Positions 1 to 9,668 are shown, counted from the first letter of the stretch. The stretch: 64,000 nt of DNA from Vicinamibacterales bacterium (GCA_965249535.1 OZ252241.1:2684730-2748729); one strand, 5' to 3'. Numbers and translations are program-made. Notes: a model not told the origin generated them from the sequence alone.

Positions 1-91
1 AGAAGGTGTTCCACTCAGATTTTTAATTATCTAGTTTCAATTGTCCGTAGGACTGATTAATTAGACAAAAGGAACTGTTGGAGGGGCAGCA

Positions 92-1708
92 ATGACGAAG
101 GTTTCCTGGCTGAAAGGAAGGCAGATAACGCGAAAGACATCGGTGACGATGTGTCAAACATTGTCACGTCGTCAGTTGATCGGGTTGTTGACAGGGAGTG
201 CTCTCTTACCGTTTCAAGCGGCTGCGACATCTCGGTCGGCATACAATAGTGGTTCTGCCATCATTGAAGAGAATTCAATCGCACGAACCTCAACTGCCGC
301 ACCGATTCACTACGTTGGTCTGCTTGAAATGGCCCAACTTATCGAGTCGAAGCAGATATCGCCAGTGGAGCTCACTAAGTCGATACTCGATAGGATTGAC
401 CAGCTGGACGGACAACTTAAGAGTTTTGCTACTGTGATGGTTGATGACGCTTTAGAAGCGGCCCGTGCGGCGGAAAGCCAAATTATGGCTGGTGGTTACA
501 AAGGGCCACTACACGGCATCCCGATTGGAGTGAAGGACCTATGCTTCACGAGAGGTGTCCGCACCATGGGTGGTACACGCGTGCTCGTTGATCATGTGCC
601 GACCTATGACGCGACGGTGGTAAAACGCCTCAATGCTGCAGGGGCGGTGCTGCTAGGGAAACAGAATCTAACTGAAGGTGCGATGGGTGGGTATCATCCA
701 GATTTCGAGGTTCCAGTCAACCCATGGGATCCAGGGCGCTGGCCGGGTGCTTCCTCTAGTGGCTCTGCGGTTGCGACAGCGGCTGGACTTTCATATGTAT
801 CACTTGGGAGTGATACAGGGGGCTCAATCAGATTTCCTGCGGCCAGCTGCGGTGTGGTGGGACTCAAGCCAACGTATGGTCGAGTAAGCCGTTACGGCGT
901 GCTCGCATTGGCGGAATCATTGGATCACGTTGGTACTTTTGGACGCCGAAGCGCTGACGCTGGTGTGACTTTGGAGGCTATTGCTGGTTTTGATTTAAAT
1001 GACCCATCCTCGCTGCGAGTCTCTGTGTCGAACATCCTTGATGAGATTAGCCAAGGTATTAAGGGGATCCGTGTTGGTTTCGATGAGCGTTACGTCAGCG
1101 AAGGGGCGACGTCGGACGTTACCGAATCAGTGGTCGCTTCGTTACAGTTACTTAGTGAGCTCGGTGCCGAGGTTGTAGAAGTAAACGTACCCGATGTGGC
1201 TGAACTTGTTCCGGCATGGCGTACGCTTTGTGCAACGGAAGCGGTCGCTGCACATGAGTCAAACTACCCGTCTAGAGCTGACGAGTACGGACCTTATTTT
1301 CGTGAATGGCTCGATATCGGAGCAGCGGTCACTGGGGCCGACTATGCTAAGGCGAACAAGGTGCGACGGGAATTCAACGGAAGGTATGATGCGGTGTTTA
1401 GTAAGGTGGATGTTCTTGTCTGCCCTGCGATGCCCTCTGTTGCAAGACCGGTAACGCTTGCGCAACAGTACGGGACGATCGAAGGTCTTAGTAAGACTTG
1501 GCCGGAAGGATTACACAGTTCAACTTATACATTTCCTGCTGATTTCAGTGGCCGTCCCACGATTAACCTTCCGAGTGGATTCAACGAGGATCAATTGCCC
1601 TACAGTTTACAGTTTGTCGGGAAGCATTTAGATGAAGCACTTTTGTGCCGTATTGGCCATGCCTACGAAGAGGCAACGGATTGGCATAAGAGGCATCCAA
1701 ATCTGTAA
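92..1708 (+). CDS. Amidase-signature (AS) family amidase, probably Tat-exported
   Basis: 538-aa ORF. It carries the AS-family motifs HGIPIGVKDL (Lys), GASSSGSAVATAAG and GSDTGGSIRFPA (Ser-cisSer). The N-terminal SRRQLIGLLTGSALLPFQAAA resembles a twin-arginine signal. GGAGG lies 7 nt upstream of ATG 92. Confidence 0.85.
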   Translation: MTKVSWLKGRQITRKTSVTMCQTLSRRQLIGLLTGSALLPFQAAATSRSAYNSGSAIIEENSIARTSTAAPIHYVGLLEMAQLIESKQISPVELTKSILDRIDQLDGQLKSFATVMVDDALEAARAAESQIMAGGYKGPLHGIPIGVKDLCFTRGVRTMGGTRVLVDHVPTYDATVVKRLNAAGAVLLGKQNLTEGAMGGYHPDFEVPVNPWDPGRWPGASSSGSAVATAAGLSYVSLGSDTGGSIRFPAASCGVVGLKPTYGRVSRYGVLALAESLDHVGTFGRRSADAGVTLEAIAGFDLNDPSSLRVSVSNILDEISQGIKGIRVGFDERYVSEGATSDVTESVVASLQLLSELGAEVVEVNVPDVAELVPAWRTLCATEAVAAHESNYPSRADEYGPYFREWLDIGAAVTGADYAKANKVRREFNGRYDAVFSKVDVLVCPAMPSVARPVTLAQQYGTIEGLSKTWPEGLHSSTYTFPADFSGRPTINLPSGFNEDQLPYSLQFVGKHLDEALLCRIGHAYEEATDWHKRHPNL

Positions 1709-1799
1709 TCGTCAAAATCCTGCTATGACCGACGCTAATGTCAAATCCTGCGACAGTTGTAGTTAACGTTCTGGTTTTAAAGTGTCGGTGAGTATCGTA

Positions 1800-2441
1800 A
1801 TGCGGAGAAAATTCTGGTTAAAGATCGTGCTGGTGGGGCTGTTTGTTATTGGAGTGCCTTGGTTGTTTTTGAAAACGATACAGAACACCATTGCTGAACC
1901 ATATTCTGTTGATGCAGCTGCACTCACTGAGTGGACACTTCATATCCAAGAGACACATGTGCCGGGCCCAGCGTTGATTACGCTTGTACCGTCAAGTCGT
2001 TTAGTCCCACAGTTGTTTCAGCAGGTTTTTAATCGGACGATGGAATCGTTGACGACACCGGCACAGTCCGGCATGCCGGTTGTGCTGCGGAGCGAGTTTG
2101 CGACTAGTTTGCAGGACGTCTTCGTCCCGGCCAAGATTCTTGCGATTGCCCGAGCGGTTGGACTTGAAGACGCGCAATTTGAGCCGATCTGCATGGCCGT
2201 CAAGCGTGAGCCGTCTGGAGGGAGTACGCGGCAATTCTTTTTCGTCGTGTTTGAGGCATCTGTTTTTAAGGATTTTCGGCAGGAGTTGACAAGGCGATAC
2301 CGGGAGGCTGGGGGAGTCGGGCCGTTCGATCCGGCGGCGCTAGCGCTTGTGTTGCCAATCGCCTCCTCAGACACGAATTTTACGGGTTGGTGGCCACTGG
2401 CAGTCGATAGGGAAGTCGATTGTCGGGCACCCATTACCTGA
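1800..2441 (+). CDS. Hypothetical membrane-anchored protein
   Basis: The ORF is open from 1782 (GTG). ATG 1800 gives MRRKFWLKIVLVGLFVIGVPWLF, a single N-terminal TM helix. I recognise no family motif. Confidence 0.5.
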   Translation: MRRKFWLKIVLVGLFVIGVPWLFLKTIQNTIAEPYSVDAAALTEWTLHIQETHVPGPALITLVPSSRLVPQLFQQVFNRTMESLTTPAQSGMPVVLRSEFATSLQDVFVPAKILAIARAVGLEDAQFEPICMAVKREPSGGSTRQFFFVVFEASVFKDFRQELTRRYREAGGVGPFDPAALALVLPIASSDTNFTGWWPLAVDREVDCRAPIT

Positions 2442-2731
2442 GCCGGGAGCCGTCTGGACGACTGGCTCGACGCGATTAGCAGGATGCCTTACCGATGCAT
2501 ATCACGGGAACCTTTGGTAAAAGAGGCCCTACGGTAGAGGCCGACCGCATGGGATAAAGCGACGGCATTGGTTCAAGCGGTTCTATTAACTGGGTTCTAT
2601 AGCTCTACACGTGAAAGACACGCCGATACGGGTTTGGTTGACTACAACATAGCCGAAGTCGGGATAGCTAAGTCTCTAAGTCTGCTCGGATCTACGAAGA
2701 TCTCTCAAAGGTAGAAGATAAGGAGCGTGCA

Positions 2732-3034
2732 ATGGAGTTAACGGCACCGAAGTTGTCGGCGGTTGTGGTCTTTGTCTCGGTTCTATCCGTGGGAGTGACG
2801 CCTGGGTTCTCTCAATCCAATGACAGGGGCTTTCAAGGCGCGATTGATTATGGCTATCAAGCCTCCGGACTTTTTACTTCTTACTGCGAGGCATCGAGAC
2901 GAGGCGGCGGCTTCCTCGGACGCCTTGGCTCCGCTCTCATCGATACCTTCTCAGAGGAGTTATATGTGTCTTCCGGTGGGGCGGGGAGTATAGCGTCGTT
3001 GTCCAATCGCATTACGGCGTGGTTGCAGAGATAG
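2732..3034 (+). CDS. Hypothetical small secreted protein
   Basis: 100-aa ORF preceded by AAGGAG. The N-terminal hydrophobic segment LSAVVVFVSVLSVGVTPGFSQ looks like a signal peptide. No recognisable family. Confidence 0.4.
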   Translation: MELTAPKLSAVVVFVSVLSVGVTPGFSQSNDRGFQGAIDYGYQASGLFTSYCEASRRGGGFLGRLGSALIDTFSEELYVSSGGAGSIASLSNRITAWLQR

Positions 3035-3489
3035 CCCGTCGGGCTGCTAGACACTTTAAGCCTGCTCCCTTACTTCAAGATGTGCCATTGGATTTACGAA
3101 CTCCGCTGTTACACGTGAGCGTTGTGCCGAAGGGAGATAGTGACAAGCTCCTTGACTACAACATGCAAGCAAGTATCGAGTACATCGTTATTGGCCCGAA
3201 AGACAATGTGTTAGTTGAGACTGCGGTCCAACCCATCAGGCCCTTGGTGACAGATACTACCGTTTTCCAGAACCTCTTCGGTGCGACCTTCGCTGTTCCT
3301 GACAATACAGCCATGGTCAGTTTCCCGGTGGAAGGTGCGATGTCTGCAATAGAGAACGATGATTTGCGTATTTACATCATCAGCCCAGGCGGCAGTGGGA
3401 GCTGGGACTGCGACATCGCCGCTGACGATATTCGGAAAATGTTCAGGGCTCTGTCCCCGCGAGAAATGAGGCCGAATCGAGGGCGTTAG
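3019..3489 (+). CDS. Hypothetical protein
   Basis: 156-aa ORF with a GTG start that overlaps the preceding ORF by 16 nt. No recognisable motifs. The coding call rests on length and strand context only. Confidence 0.4.
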   Translation: MVAEIARRAARHFKPAPLLQDVPLDLRTPLLHVSVVPKGDSDKLLDYNMQASIEYIVIGPKDNVLVETAVQPIRPLVTDTTVFQNLFGATFAVPDNTAMVSFPVEGAMSAIENDDLRIYIISPGGSGSWDCDIAADDIRKMFRALSPREMRPNRGR

Positions 3490-3553
3490 TGTGTCAATTC
3501 CAAGAATTATAGGACGGCAACCTGAATGATCTACCGTGTTTACAAAGGGAAAG

Positions 3554-3629
3554 TGGTGCCGAGGGGCAGAATTGAACTGCCGACACCATGATTTTCAGTC
3601 ATGTGCTCTACCGACTGAGCTACCTCGGC
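3554..3629 (-). tRNA. tRNA-Phe (anticodon GAA), CCA encoded
   Basis: The reverse complement reads GCCGAGGTAGCTCAGTCGGTAGAGCACATGACTGAAAATCATGGTGTCGGCAGTTCAATTCTGCCCCTCGGCACCA. The 7-bp acceptor stem is GCCGAGG/CCTCGGC. The anticodon stem is CATGA/TCATG with loop CTGAAAA, giving GAA. A T-arm GGTTCAATTC-like sequence and a terminal CCA are present. Confidence 0.95.
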
Positions 3630-3695
3630 ACGTCTGGCGCGTCAACAGTACTGTCATAGCAAATTCGTGACTTAGTACCGAGCCGCAGGGCGTGT

Positions 3696-3708
3696 CACGA
3701 TACCGCAC
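3696..3708. repeat. 13-nt direct repeat CACGATACCGCAC, copy 1 (downstream flank of the triple-Rid gene)
   Basis: This 13-mer also occurs exactly at 5250..5262. The two copies bracket the single gene 3911..5152. Confidence 0.5.
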
Positions 3709-3910
3709 ATAATCGAATCGTTGCAACTGGTAGAGCGATGAAGTGGTCAGATTCAATCAGTGACTCAATGCTGATGGCCTCTAATCGGAAAGTTGATCCG
3801 TCGGCATCTCTCACTGAAAGAGGTCGGGGACTTGCTTCGCGTGAGCCGTGGGGCCGTGTTCTCTAAGCAATCTACAAGCTTAGGACTCTGACTATTTGGG
3901 CAGACAAACG

Positions 3911-5152
3911 TTACTCTTCGGCAACAGCGATTCCCTCGACTTCGATTAGAGCTGTCTCAGAAAATAGTGAGGGGACACCGATTAAAGTCACGGCTGAGGA
4001 TTTGTCTTGGGGGAACCCATATCGAGTCATTGCAGTCCCAAGGCCGTTCGCGTCGCCTGGGGTATAGTTCGCCATGTAGATGATGATTTTTAATAGATCG
4101 TTCGGACTTGCTCCAGCGGCTTCCAACCGCTTTCTTAAATTTGCGAATACTTGATCAACTTGCATTTCAAGTTCATCGCCTGGACGACCGACCTGACCTG
4201 AGAGATAAATTGTTTTGGCCCTATTCTCCTTAGAAGTTACCACCTGAGTGAATCCTTGAGAGGGTTCGATAAACTGTTTCTTAGGAGGTTGATATCCTTT
4301 CTCGGCTACAACAGCAATAGCATCGATCTCGATCTTGAAGTTGTCAGCTGCGAGTGACTGAACACCGATTAAAGTGCTCGCTGGTAGATTAGCAGTGTCG
4401 AAGACTTTGCTTCGGGATTGTCGAAGTGCCGTGAGGTCTCGTTGTGGATTAAAATCGGTGATATAGGTGTTCAGTTTTACAATGTCCGTTAAGTTCGCGC
4501 CAGCTGCTTCTAACCTCTGAGCGAGGTTCTTATATATCGATTCAACCTGTTCGGCTAGATCGTCGCCTTGTGCGACCTGGCCAGAAACATAGATCGTTTT
4601 CAGCCCGTTGCCCTTTACAGAAACAGTTTGGTGAAATCCGTTTGATGGCTCAGCATATTCCCTTTTGAGTGAATCGTTTGGAGCGAGAGAATCAGGAATA
4701 ATAGCGATTGCTTCAATCTCAACCGTCATTGGTTCGAGATATAGCGATTGGACTCCTAGTAGGGTGCTGGCTGGCCAATGTGCCTCATTAAGGACTTGAA
4801 GTCTCGTATCGCGCACGATGGCATAATCCTCGGGTTTGAAATTTTTCACATAGATGCGAATTTTAACGACATCATCTACCGTTGCACCCACGCTTTCGAG
4901 TCGGGTTACAACACCTTGGAATGCACTCTCTGCGTGTTCACGAAGGTTTTTTCCCTGACCCACTTGGCCAGACAGATAGATAGTTTTAACTCCTTGGTTG
5001 GTGATAGTGCTAACTTGCGTAAAGCCATCATCCTCTATAAATTCTCTCTGTAGTTTCGTATCCTGCGAGTGTCCAGCGATTGGATAGTTAAACGGTTCGC
5101 TGGAGAGGATAATAATGGCTAAAACACTGAGTCTGAAGACTATACTGAGCAT
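3911..5152 (-). CDS. Secreted protein with three tandem YjgF/YER057c/UK114 (Rid/endoribonuclease L-PSP) domains
   Basis: The ORF is open to 5167 (TTG), but ATG 5152 gives the signal-like MLSIVFRLSVLAIIILSS. Three roughly 120-aa repeats each contain KTIY(L/V)SGQV(G/A), L(E)xxGA and (I/L)E(I/V)(E/D)(A/G)IA(I/V). Confidence 0.85.
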   Translation of the reverse strand: MLSIVFRLSVLAIIILSSEPFNYPIAGHSQDTKLQREFIEDDGFTQVSTITNQGVKTIYLSGQVGQGKNLREHAESAFQGVVTRLESVGATVDDVVKIRIYVKNFKPEDYAIVRDTRLQVLNEAHWPASTLLGVQSLYLEPMTVEIEAIAIIPDSLAPNDSLKREYAEPSNGFHQTVSVKGNGLKTIYVSGQVAQGDDLAEQVESIYKNLAQRLEAAGANLTDIVKLNTYITDFNPQRDLTALRQSRSKVFDTANLPASTLIGVQSLAADNFKIEIDAIAVVAEKGYQPPKKQFIEPSQGFTQVVTSKENRAKTIYLSGQVGRPGDELEMQVDQVFANLRKRLEAAGASPNDLLKIIIYMANYTPGDANGLGTAMTRYGFPQDKSSAVTLIGVPSLFSETALIEVEGIAVAEE

Positions 5153-5249
5153 CGAGGGTTCTCCCAATACGCAACCATGAACGACGAGATCACAACAAGT
5201 GACATTGTAACTGGTTGTCGCTATAACTTTATTACGACGAACGATTGAC

Positions 5250-5262
5250 CACGATACCGCAC
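5250..5262. repeat. 13-nt direct repeat CACGATACCGCAC, copy 2 (upstream flank of the triple-Rid gene)
   Basis: Exact match to 3696..3708. It lies in the divergent intergenic region between the Rid gene and the M16 peptidase gene. Confidence 0.5.
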
Positions 5263-5356
5263 CTGAGAGAACATCGTAAACAGCATATAGCTAACACTGG
5301 TGTCTAATCACTTAGTTTCTTGATTTCGGGATCTAACATCGCTGGAGTTCCGAGTT

Positions 5357-7093
5357 ATGAAGAGGCGTACAGGAGTATTAGTCTTACTATTATGTTTCTT
5401 GCTTGTTTTACCTGTCACGGCTCAGGACGTCGCCGTGCAAGAGTACTCTTTAGAGAACGGTATGACGTTACTTATGGTGCCTCGTCGTGGCGACCCGAAT
5501 ATTGCTGCTGGTTGGATAGCAAAAGTTGGCTCTATATACGAACGGCCTGGCATCACGGGTGTGGCTCACCTCTTTGAACATATGATGTTTAAGGGGACTC
5601 ATACCATTGGTACCAGAGATATCAATGAGGACTTGCAAATTATTCTGGAGTTAGACGCAGTGAAGGAACAGCTGCGCGAAGAACAACAAAAACTACTCGA
5701 TTTGTACCGTTTGGGTCAGATTGATAATCCAGACGATCCGGCGACTCGTTCCATCAAACATACAGAGCTCCTGGATAAGTTTGATGAACTCCTGACACGA
5801 CAGAGTGAGCTAGTGATCAGTACCGAGATCGACAGAATTTATACAAGCGAAGGAGCTTCGGCACTGAATGCTAGTACCAGTTACGACTGGACACGTTATC
5901 AGATTAACATCCCAGCGAACAAACTGGAGCTTTGGTTCTGGCTTGAGTCTGATCGACTTGCTAATCCTGTTTTTCGTGAATTCTATTCTGAGCGTGACGT
6001 GGTCCATGAAGAGCGGCGGCGGTCGACTGATAGTACGCCGACGGGAAAGTTTGATGAACAATTCAATGCGATGTTCTGGGAATCCTCACCCTATAGCTGG
6101 CCGATCGTTGGATGGCCGAGCGACCTAGATGGTATAACACGCGAAGAAGCAATGGCGTTCTTTGAGGTTTACTATGCTCCCAACAACTTGTCTGCTGCGT
6201 TGGTGGGAGACTTCGTCCCTAGTGAAGCGATCGCGCTGGCAAAGAAGTACTTCGGCCGCCTGGAACGCGGTAAGAAACCGCCTTTGCGACCGCGGACACG
6301 TGAAATGCCCCAGGTCGCTGAAAAGCGGATGATTGCGCACGCAGAGACAACTCCCCAAGTGGTGATCCGCTACCACTCTGTCCCGGACGGACATGTAGAT
6401 GAGCCTGCACTTGTCGTTTTAGCTCAGATTCTGAGTGGACGGACAGGTCGATTTTACCGATCCTTGGTAGAAGAGAAGCAGATCGCCAACACGGCCTCTG
6501 CTGCGCAAGTAGGATTCGGTTTTGAAGGGTTTTTTGAGGTGCGTGGTACTGCGAAAACTGGAAAGACTCCGGAAGTAGTCGAGCAGGCTTTTTACCGGGA
6601 ACTGGAGAAAATTCAGACTGAACCGGTTAGTGAGCGCGAATTGCAGAAGGTCAAGAACCAGAATTCGGCAAGAGACTTTCGCAGCTTGCGTTCCAACTTT
6701 GGTCTAATGCTCCAGTTGCTCGTTCGTGAAGCCAGGCGCGGCTGGGAAACCATTAACAGCGATCCATTGTTGTACGAAACCGTTACACCGCTAGACGTTA
6801 TTAGTGCAGCTAACAAGTACCTCAGATCTGAGAATCGGGCAGTAGGAATCTATTATCGCAAGGAGATATTGCCTGAGGGCACCTCTTCACTAGCGGGACT
6901 TAGTGAAGATGAACAGCAGCAGGTCCAGCGTCTTCAAAAAATGATCGTGCAAATGGACGCGGCCCAGCTCAGGCAGTCTATCATCCAATTTGAGCAGATG
7001 TCTGAGCAATTACCGTCTGGGAGTCAAGACATGGCTAAAGCTGTCCTTCGGATCCTCAGGAGGCGTGCATCTGAATTAGGAGCTGATCGGTGA
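5357..7093 (+). CDS. M16 (pitrilysin/insulinase) family zinc peptidase, catalytic subunit, secreted
   Basis: 578 aa with an N-terminal signal peptide LVLLLCFLLVLPVTAQ. The inverted zinc motif HxxEH is present as GVAHLFEHMMFKGT. Confidence 0.9.
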   Translation: MKRRTGVLVLLLCFLLVLPVTAQDVAVQEYSLENGMTLLMVPRRGDPNIAAGWIAKVGSIYERPGITGVAHLFEHMMFKGTHTIGTRDINEDLQIILELDAVKEQLREEQQKLLDLYRLGQIDNPDDPATRSIKHTELLDKFDELLTRQSELVISTEIDRIYTSEGASALNASTSYDWTRYQINIPANKLELWFWLESDRLANPVFREFYSERDVVHEERRRSTDSTPTGKFDEQFNAMFWESSPYSWPIVGWPSDLDGITREEAMAFFEVYYAPNNLSAALVGDFVPSEAIALAKKYFGRLERGKKPPLRPRTREMPQVAEKRMIAHAETTPQVVIRYHSVPDGHVDEPALVVLAQILSGRTGRFYRSLVEEKQIANTASAAQVGFGFEGFFEVRGTAKTGKTPEVVEQAFYRELEKIQTEPVSERELQKVKNQNSARDFRSLRSNFGLMLQLLVREARRGWETINSDPLLYETVTPLDVISAANKYLRSENRAVGIYYRKEILPEGTSSLAGLSEDEQQQVQRLQKMIVQMDAAQLRQSIIQFEQMSEQLPSGSQDMAKAVLRILRRRASELGADR

Positions 7094-8631
7094 ACTCATC
7101 GGACTACCTTGTAAAAGGGTTTCTTTGTATTTGGCTAACTGGAATCACTTTTCCTTATGTAGGGTCAACCTTCCTGGCTCAGACCGATCAACTCGCATCT
7201 CATCCCAGAGAGTTGACGTTTCCAACCCTAGAATTCTCTGTGCCGAATGTTGCCAGTCATCGGCACGTGCTTTCGAACGGCGTTGTTGTTTTCGTAGTCG
7301 AAGACCATACGCTACCACTTGTAGATATTTCTGTTATCGTCCGTACTGGAACGTATCTTGATCCGGTCGACAAGATTGGACTTGGTAGGCTGACCGGAGG
7401 TCAAATGCGTGCGGGTGGTACCATTGGTAAGACAGCAACGGAGTTTGATGAACAGGTGGCGTTTTTGGCATTACAGGTCGGGAGCTCGATTAGCCAAACC
7501 AGGGGTAGTGTTAGCCTCAACTGTCTTACGAAAGATTTAGAGGACGCACTAGATCTTTTCTTTGAGATGCTTCGTTATCCTGGATTCGATCAAGCGAGGC
7601 TTGATCTTGCCAAGAACCGAATGAAACAGGAAATGGAACGACGAAACGACCGGACGGCCAGTGTCGAACGACGAGAATGGGGTCGTTTAATACGTGGTGA
7701 TTCTCACTTTACGACTACACCAAGAACGGATGAGTCAATTGATGCGATCAAGCGCGAGGATTTATTGGCGTTTCACAAAAGATTCTACCATCCGGATGGT
7801 TTTGTTTTTGCAGTTTCTGGTGACGTTATTACTAGAGAAATCCTGAACAAATTGGAAAGTTACCTAGTCGGATGGGAGTCAAATTTAGAGGCCGTTCCTC
7901 CGGTACCAGTGCCGAAACATGTGGTTCAACCAGGTCTCTACCTGGTCGATAAACCAGATGTGAATCAGGGGCGCATCTCACTGGGGCACATTGGAACGAC
8001 TCGTGACAATCCAGACCGCTATGCCCTACAAGTCATGAATGATCTTCTAGGGGGTGGAGGATTTACGGCCCGTCTGATGAAACGCGTCCGCTCGGATGAA
8101 GGACTTGCTTACAGTATATGGTCTAGCTTTGGGCTTGGCACGTACTATGATGGGGTGTTTAGGACGAGATTTGAGTCGAAGAGTGAGACAGTGGGTCGTG
8201 CCACTGCTATTGTACTTGAAGAGATCCAACGGATTCGGACTGAGCGCGTCTTAGAGGAAGAGTTGGGAACGTCAATTGCGTCCTTTGTAGAAACATTTTC
8301 TCGAAGATTCTCGAGCGCTGCGTCAACGGCGAGTCTTTTTGCAGACAATGAATATACAGGGCGTAACCCTTCGTACATTGAGACATATCGAGATCGTATA
8401 AGTGCTGTTACCTCAAACGACGTTTTGAGAGTTGCTCAGGAATACTTGTTTCCTGATCGATTGGTGTTTCTTGCGGTCGGAAATATCGGTGACATCCTGA
8501 AAGGTGATCCGGATAATCCAGGGTACTCATTGGCAGAGGTGGTCCCCTTTGAGGTCACATACATTCCTCTCCCGGACCCAATGACCATGAAGTATCCACG
8601 CACAACCAAAGTTGGAAGTTCTGATTTTTAG
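7090..8631 (+). CDS. M16 family peptidase-like protein, non-catalytic partner (no HxxEH)
   Basis: 513 aa, with its GTG start overlapping the upstream stop by 4 nt. It has M16 fold-type conservation (GLGRLTGGQMRAGGT, PDRYALQVMNDLLGGGGFTARLMKRVRSDEGLAYS) but lacks the HxxEH zinc site. Confidence 0.8.
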   Translation: MNSSDYLVKGFLCIWLTGITFPYVGSTFLAQTDQLASHPRELTFPTLEFSVPNVASHRHVLSNGVVVFVVEDHTLPLVDISVIVRTGTYLDPVDKIGLGRLTGGQMRAGGTIGKTATEFDEQVAFLALQVGSSISQTRGSVSLNCLTKDLEDALDLFFEMLRYPGFDQARLDLAKNRMKQEMERRNDRTASVERREWGRLIRGDSHFTTTPRTDESIDAIKREDLLAFHKRFYHPDGFVFAVSGDVITREILNKLESYLVGWESNLEAVPPVPVPKHVVQPGLYLVDKPDVNQGRISLGHIGTTRDNPDRYALQVMNDLLGGGGFTARLMKRVRSDEGLAYSIWSSFGLGTYYDGVFRTRFESKSETVGRATAIVLEEIQRIRTERVLEEELGTSIASFVETFSRRFSSAASTASLFADNEYTGRNPSYIETYRDRISAVTSNDVLRVAQEYLFPDRLVFLAVGNIGDILKGDPDNPGYSLAEVVPFEVTYIPLPDPMTMKYPRTTKVGSSDF

Positions 8632-8679
8632 AGATAGAAGTCGGGCGCAGACAGTAGGCGATCTTATGGAGGGTGTTAA

Positions 8680-9586
8680 GTGGACGATCGTGACGGAAGG
8701 AGCCCGGCCCAAGATAGTGGGAGTGATTCGGTACTGCCGAGACCGCACCTAATTTTCGATCAGCCATCCCTTCGCATTTACTCGGTGGACTGTGTTGAAG
8801 GTATGAAAAATATTTTGGGTAGAGGGTCAGTCAGTGTGGTTGTTACGTCTCCGCCTTATAACATTGGGATCCGGTACCGGTCGTACGACGATGGCAAATC
8901 TGCTGGGGATTACTTAAACTGGATGGAATGTGTTGTGGAAGAGGTGAGACGAGTACTTGAACCACAGGGCTCATTTTTTTCTCAATATGGGAACCAGGCC
9001 TGGTGCTCCACGGTTCGCGTGGGACGTTGCTAATCGCCTCAGAAAACAGTTGGTTCTACAGAACGTTATCCACTGGATCAAATCTATCTCAATCGAAAAG
9101 AAAGATGTTGGACGCTATCCTGGATTAGTTGACGATATTGCCGTTGGTCATTACAAACCGATCACGAGTCAGAGGTTTCTTCACGATTGTCAGGAGTAGG
9201 TATTTCATTTTACTCAGAGTGGCAATGTCCTCTTGGATCGACTTGCCATCGGCGTCCCGTATCAAGATAAGAGTAATATCGGACGGTGGAAATCGGCTAA
9301 ACGGGACGTGAGATGTCGGGGTAACACTTGGTTTATTACCTACAAGACGATTCGCGATCGTGTTACACAACGACCCCACCCGGCCGTGTTTCCCAGTGAG
9401 TTACCAGAGATGTGCATTAAGTTGCACGGAGTCTCGAGGACGAAGCGTGTGCTTGACCCATTCATGGGTCTTGGTAGCACGGGTCGTGCTGCTCAGCGAC
9501 TCGGGGTTGACTGTGTAGGCTTTGAGATCGACAGCTACTATATCGATGTTGCTGGATTGCGGCTTAAGGAGAATAGACTTCAGTGA
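8680..9586 (+). pseudogene. Disrupted beta-class (motif IV before motif I) N4-cytosine/N6-adenine DNA methyltransferase
   Basis: Three ORF fragments read as one MTase: 8680..9033 (frame 1), 8957..9199 (frame 2) and 9233..9586 (frame 2). Motif IV is VVTSPPYN. LEPQGSFF|LNMG is split by a frameshift in a T7 run (8974..8980). An in-frame TAG sits at 9197..9199 inside [13 protein letters not shown]. Motif I is [15 protein letters not shown]. Confidence 0.85.
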
Positions 9587-9668
9587 CGATGCAACTATGA
9601 GCATTCTATTACAAGATGTTTGATGTTTAAGACTATTTCGAGTTAAGCTGAGGAGAACTGTTAGTCTG

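Noticed and set aside
1709-3553. A possible genomic islet at the 3' end of tRNA-Phe, because three family-less ORFs (1800..3489) lie directly downstream of the tRNA 3' end.
   Set aside because: I found no integrase or recombinase gene. I also found no repeat of the tRNA 3' segment (for example GGTTCAATTCTGCCCCTCGGCACCA or its complement) further left, and no obvious compositional break. Only a short imperfect repeat is present (TCAAAATCCTGC / TCAAATCCTGC near 1712-1752).
8974-8980. Phase-variable (slipped-strand) switching of the DNA methyltransferase through the T7 tract.
   Set aside because: The gene carries a second, independent inactivating lesion (TAG at 9197..9199). Correcting the homopolymer would still not restore a full-length product. 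T7 is also short for efficient phase variation.
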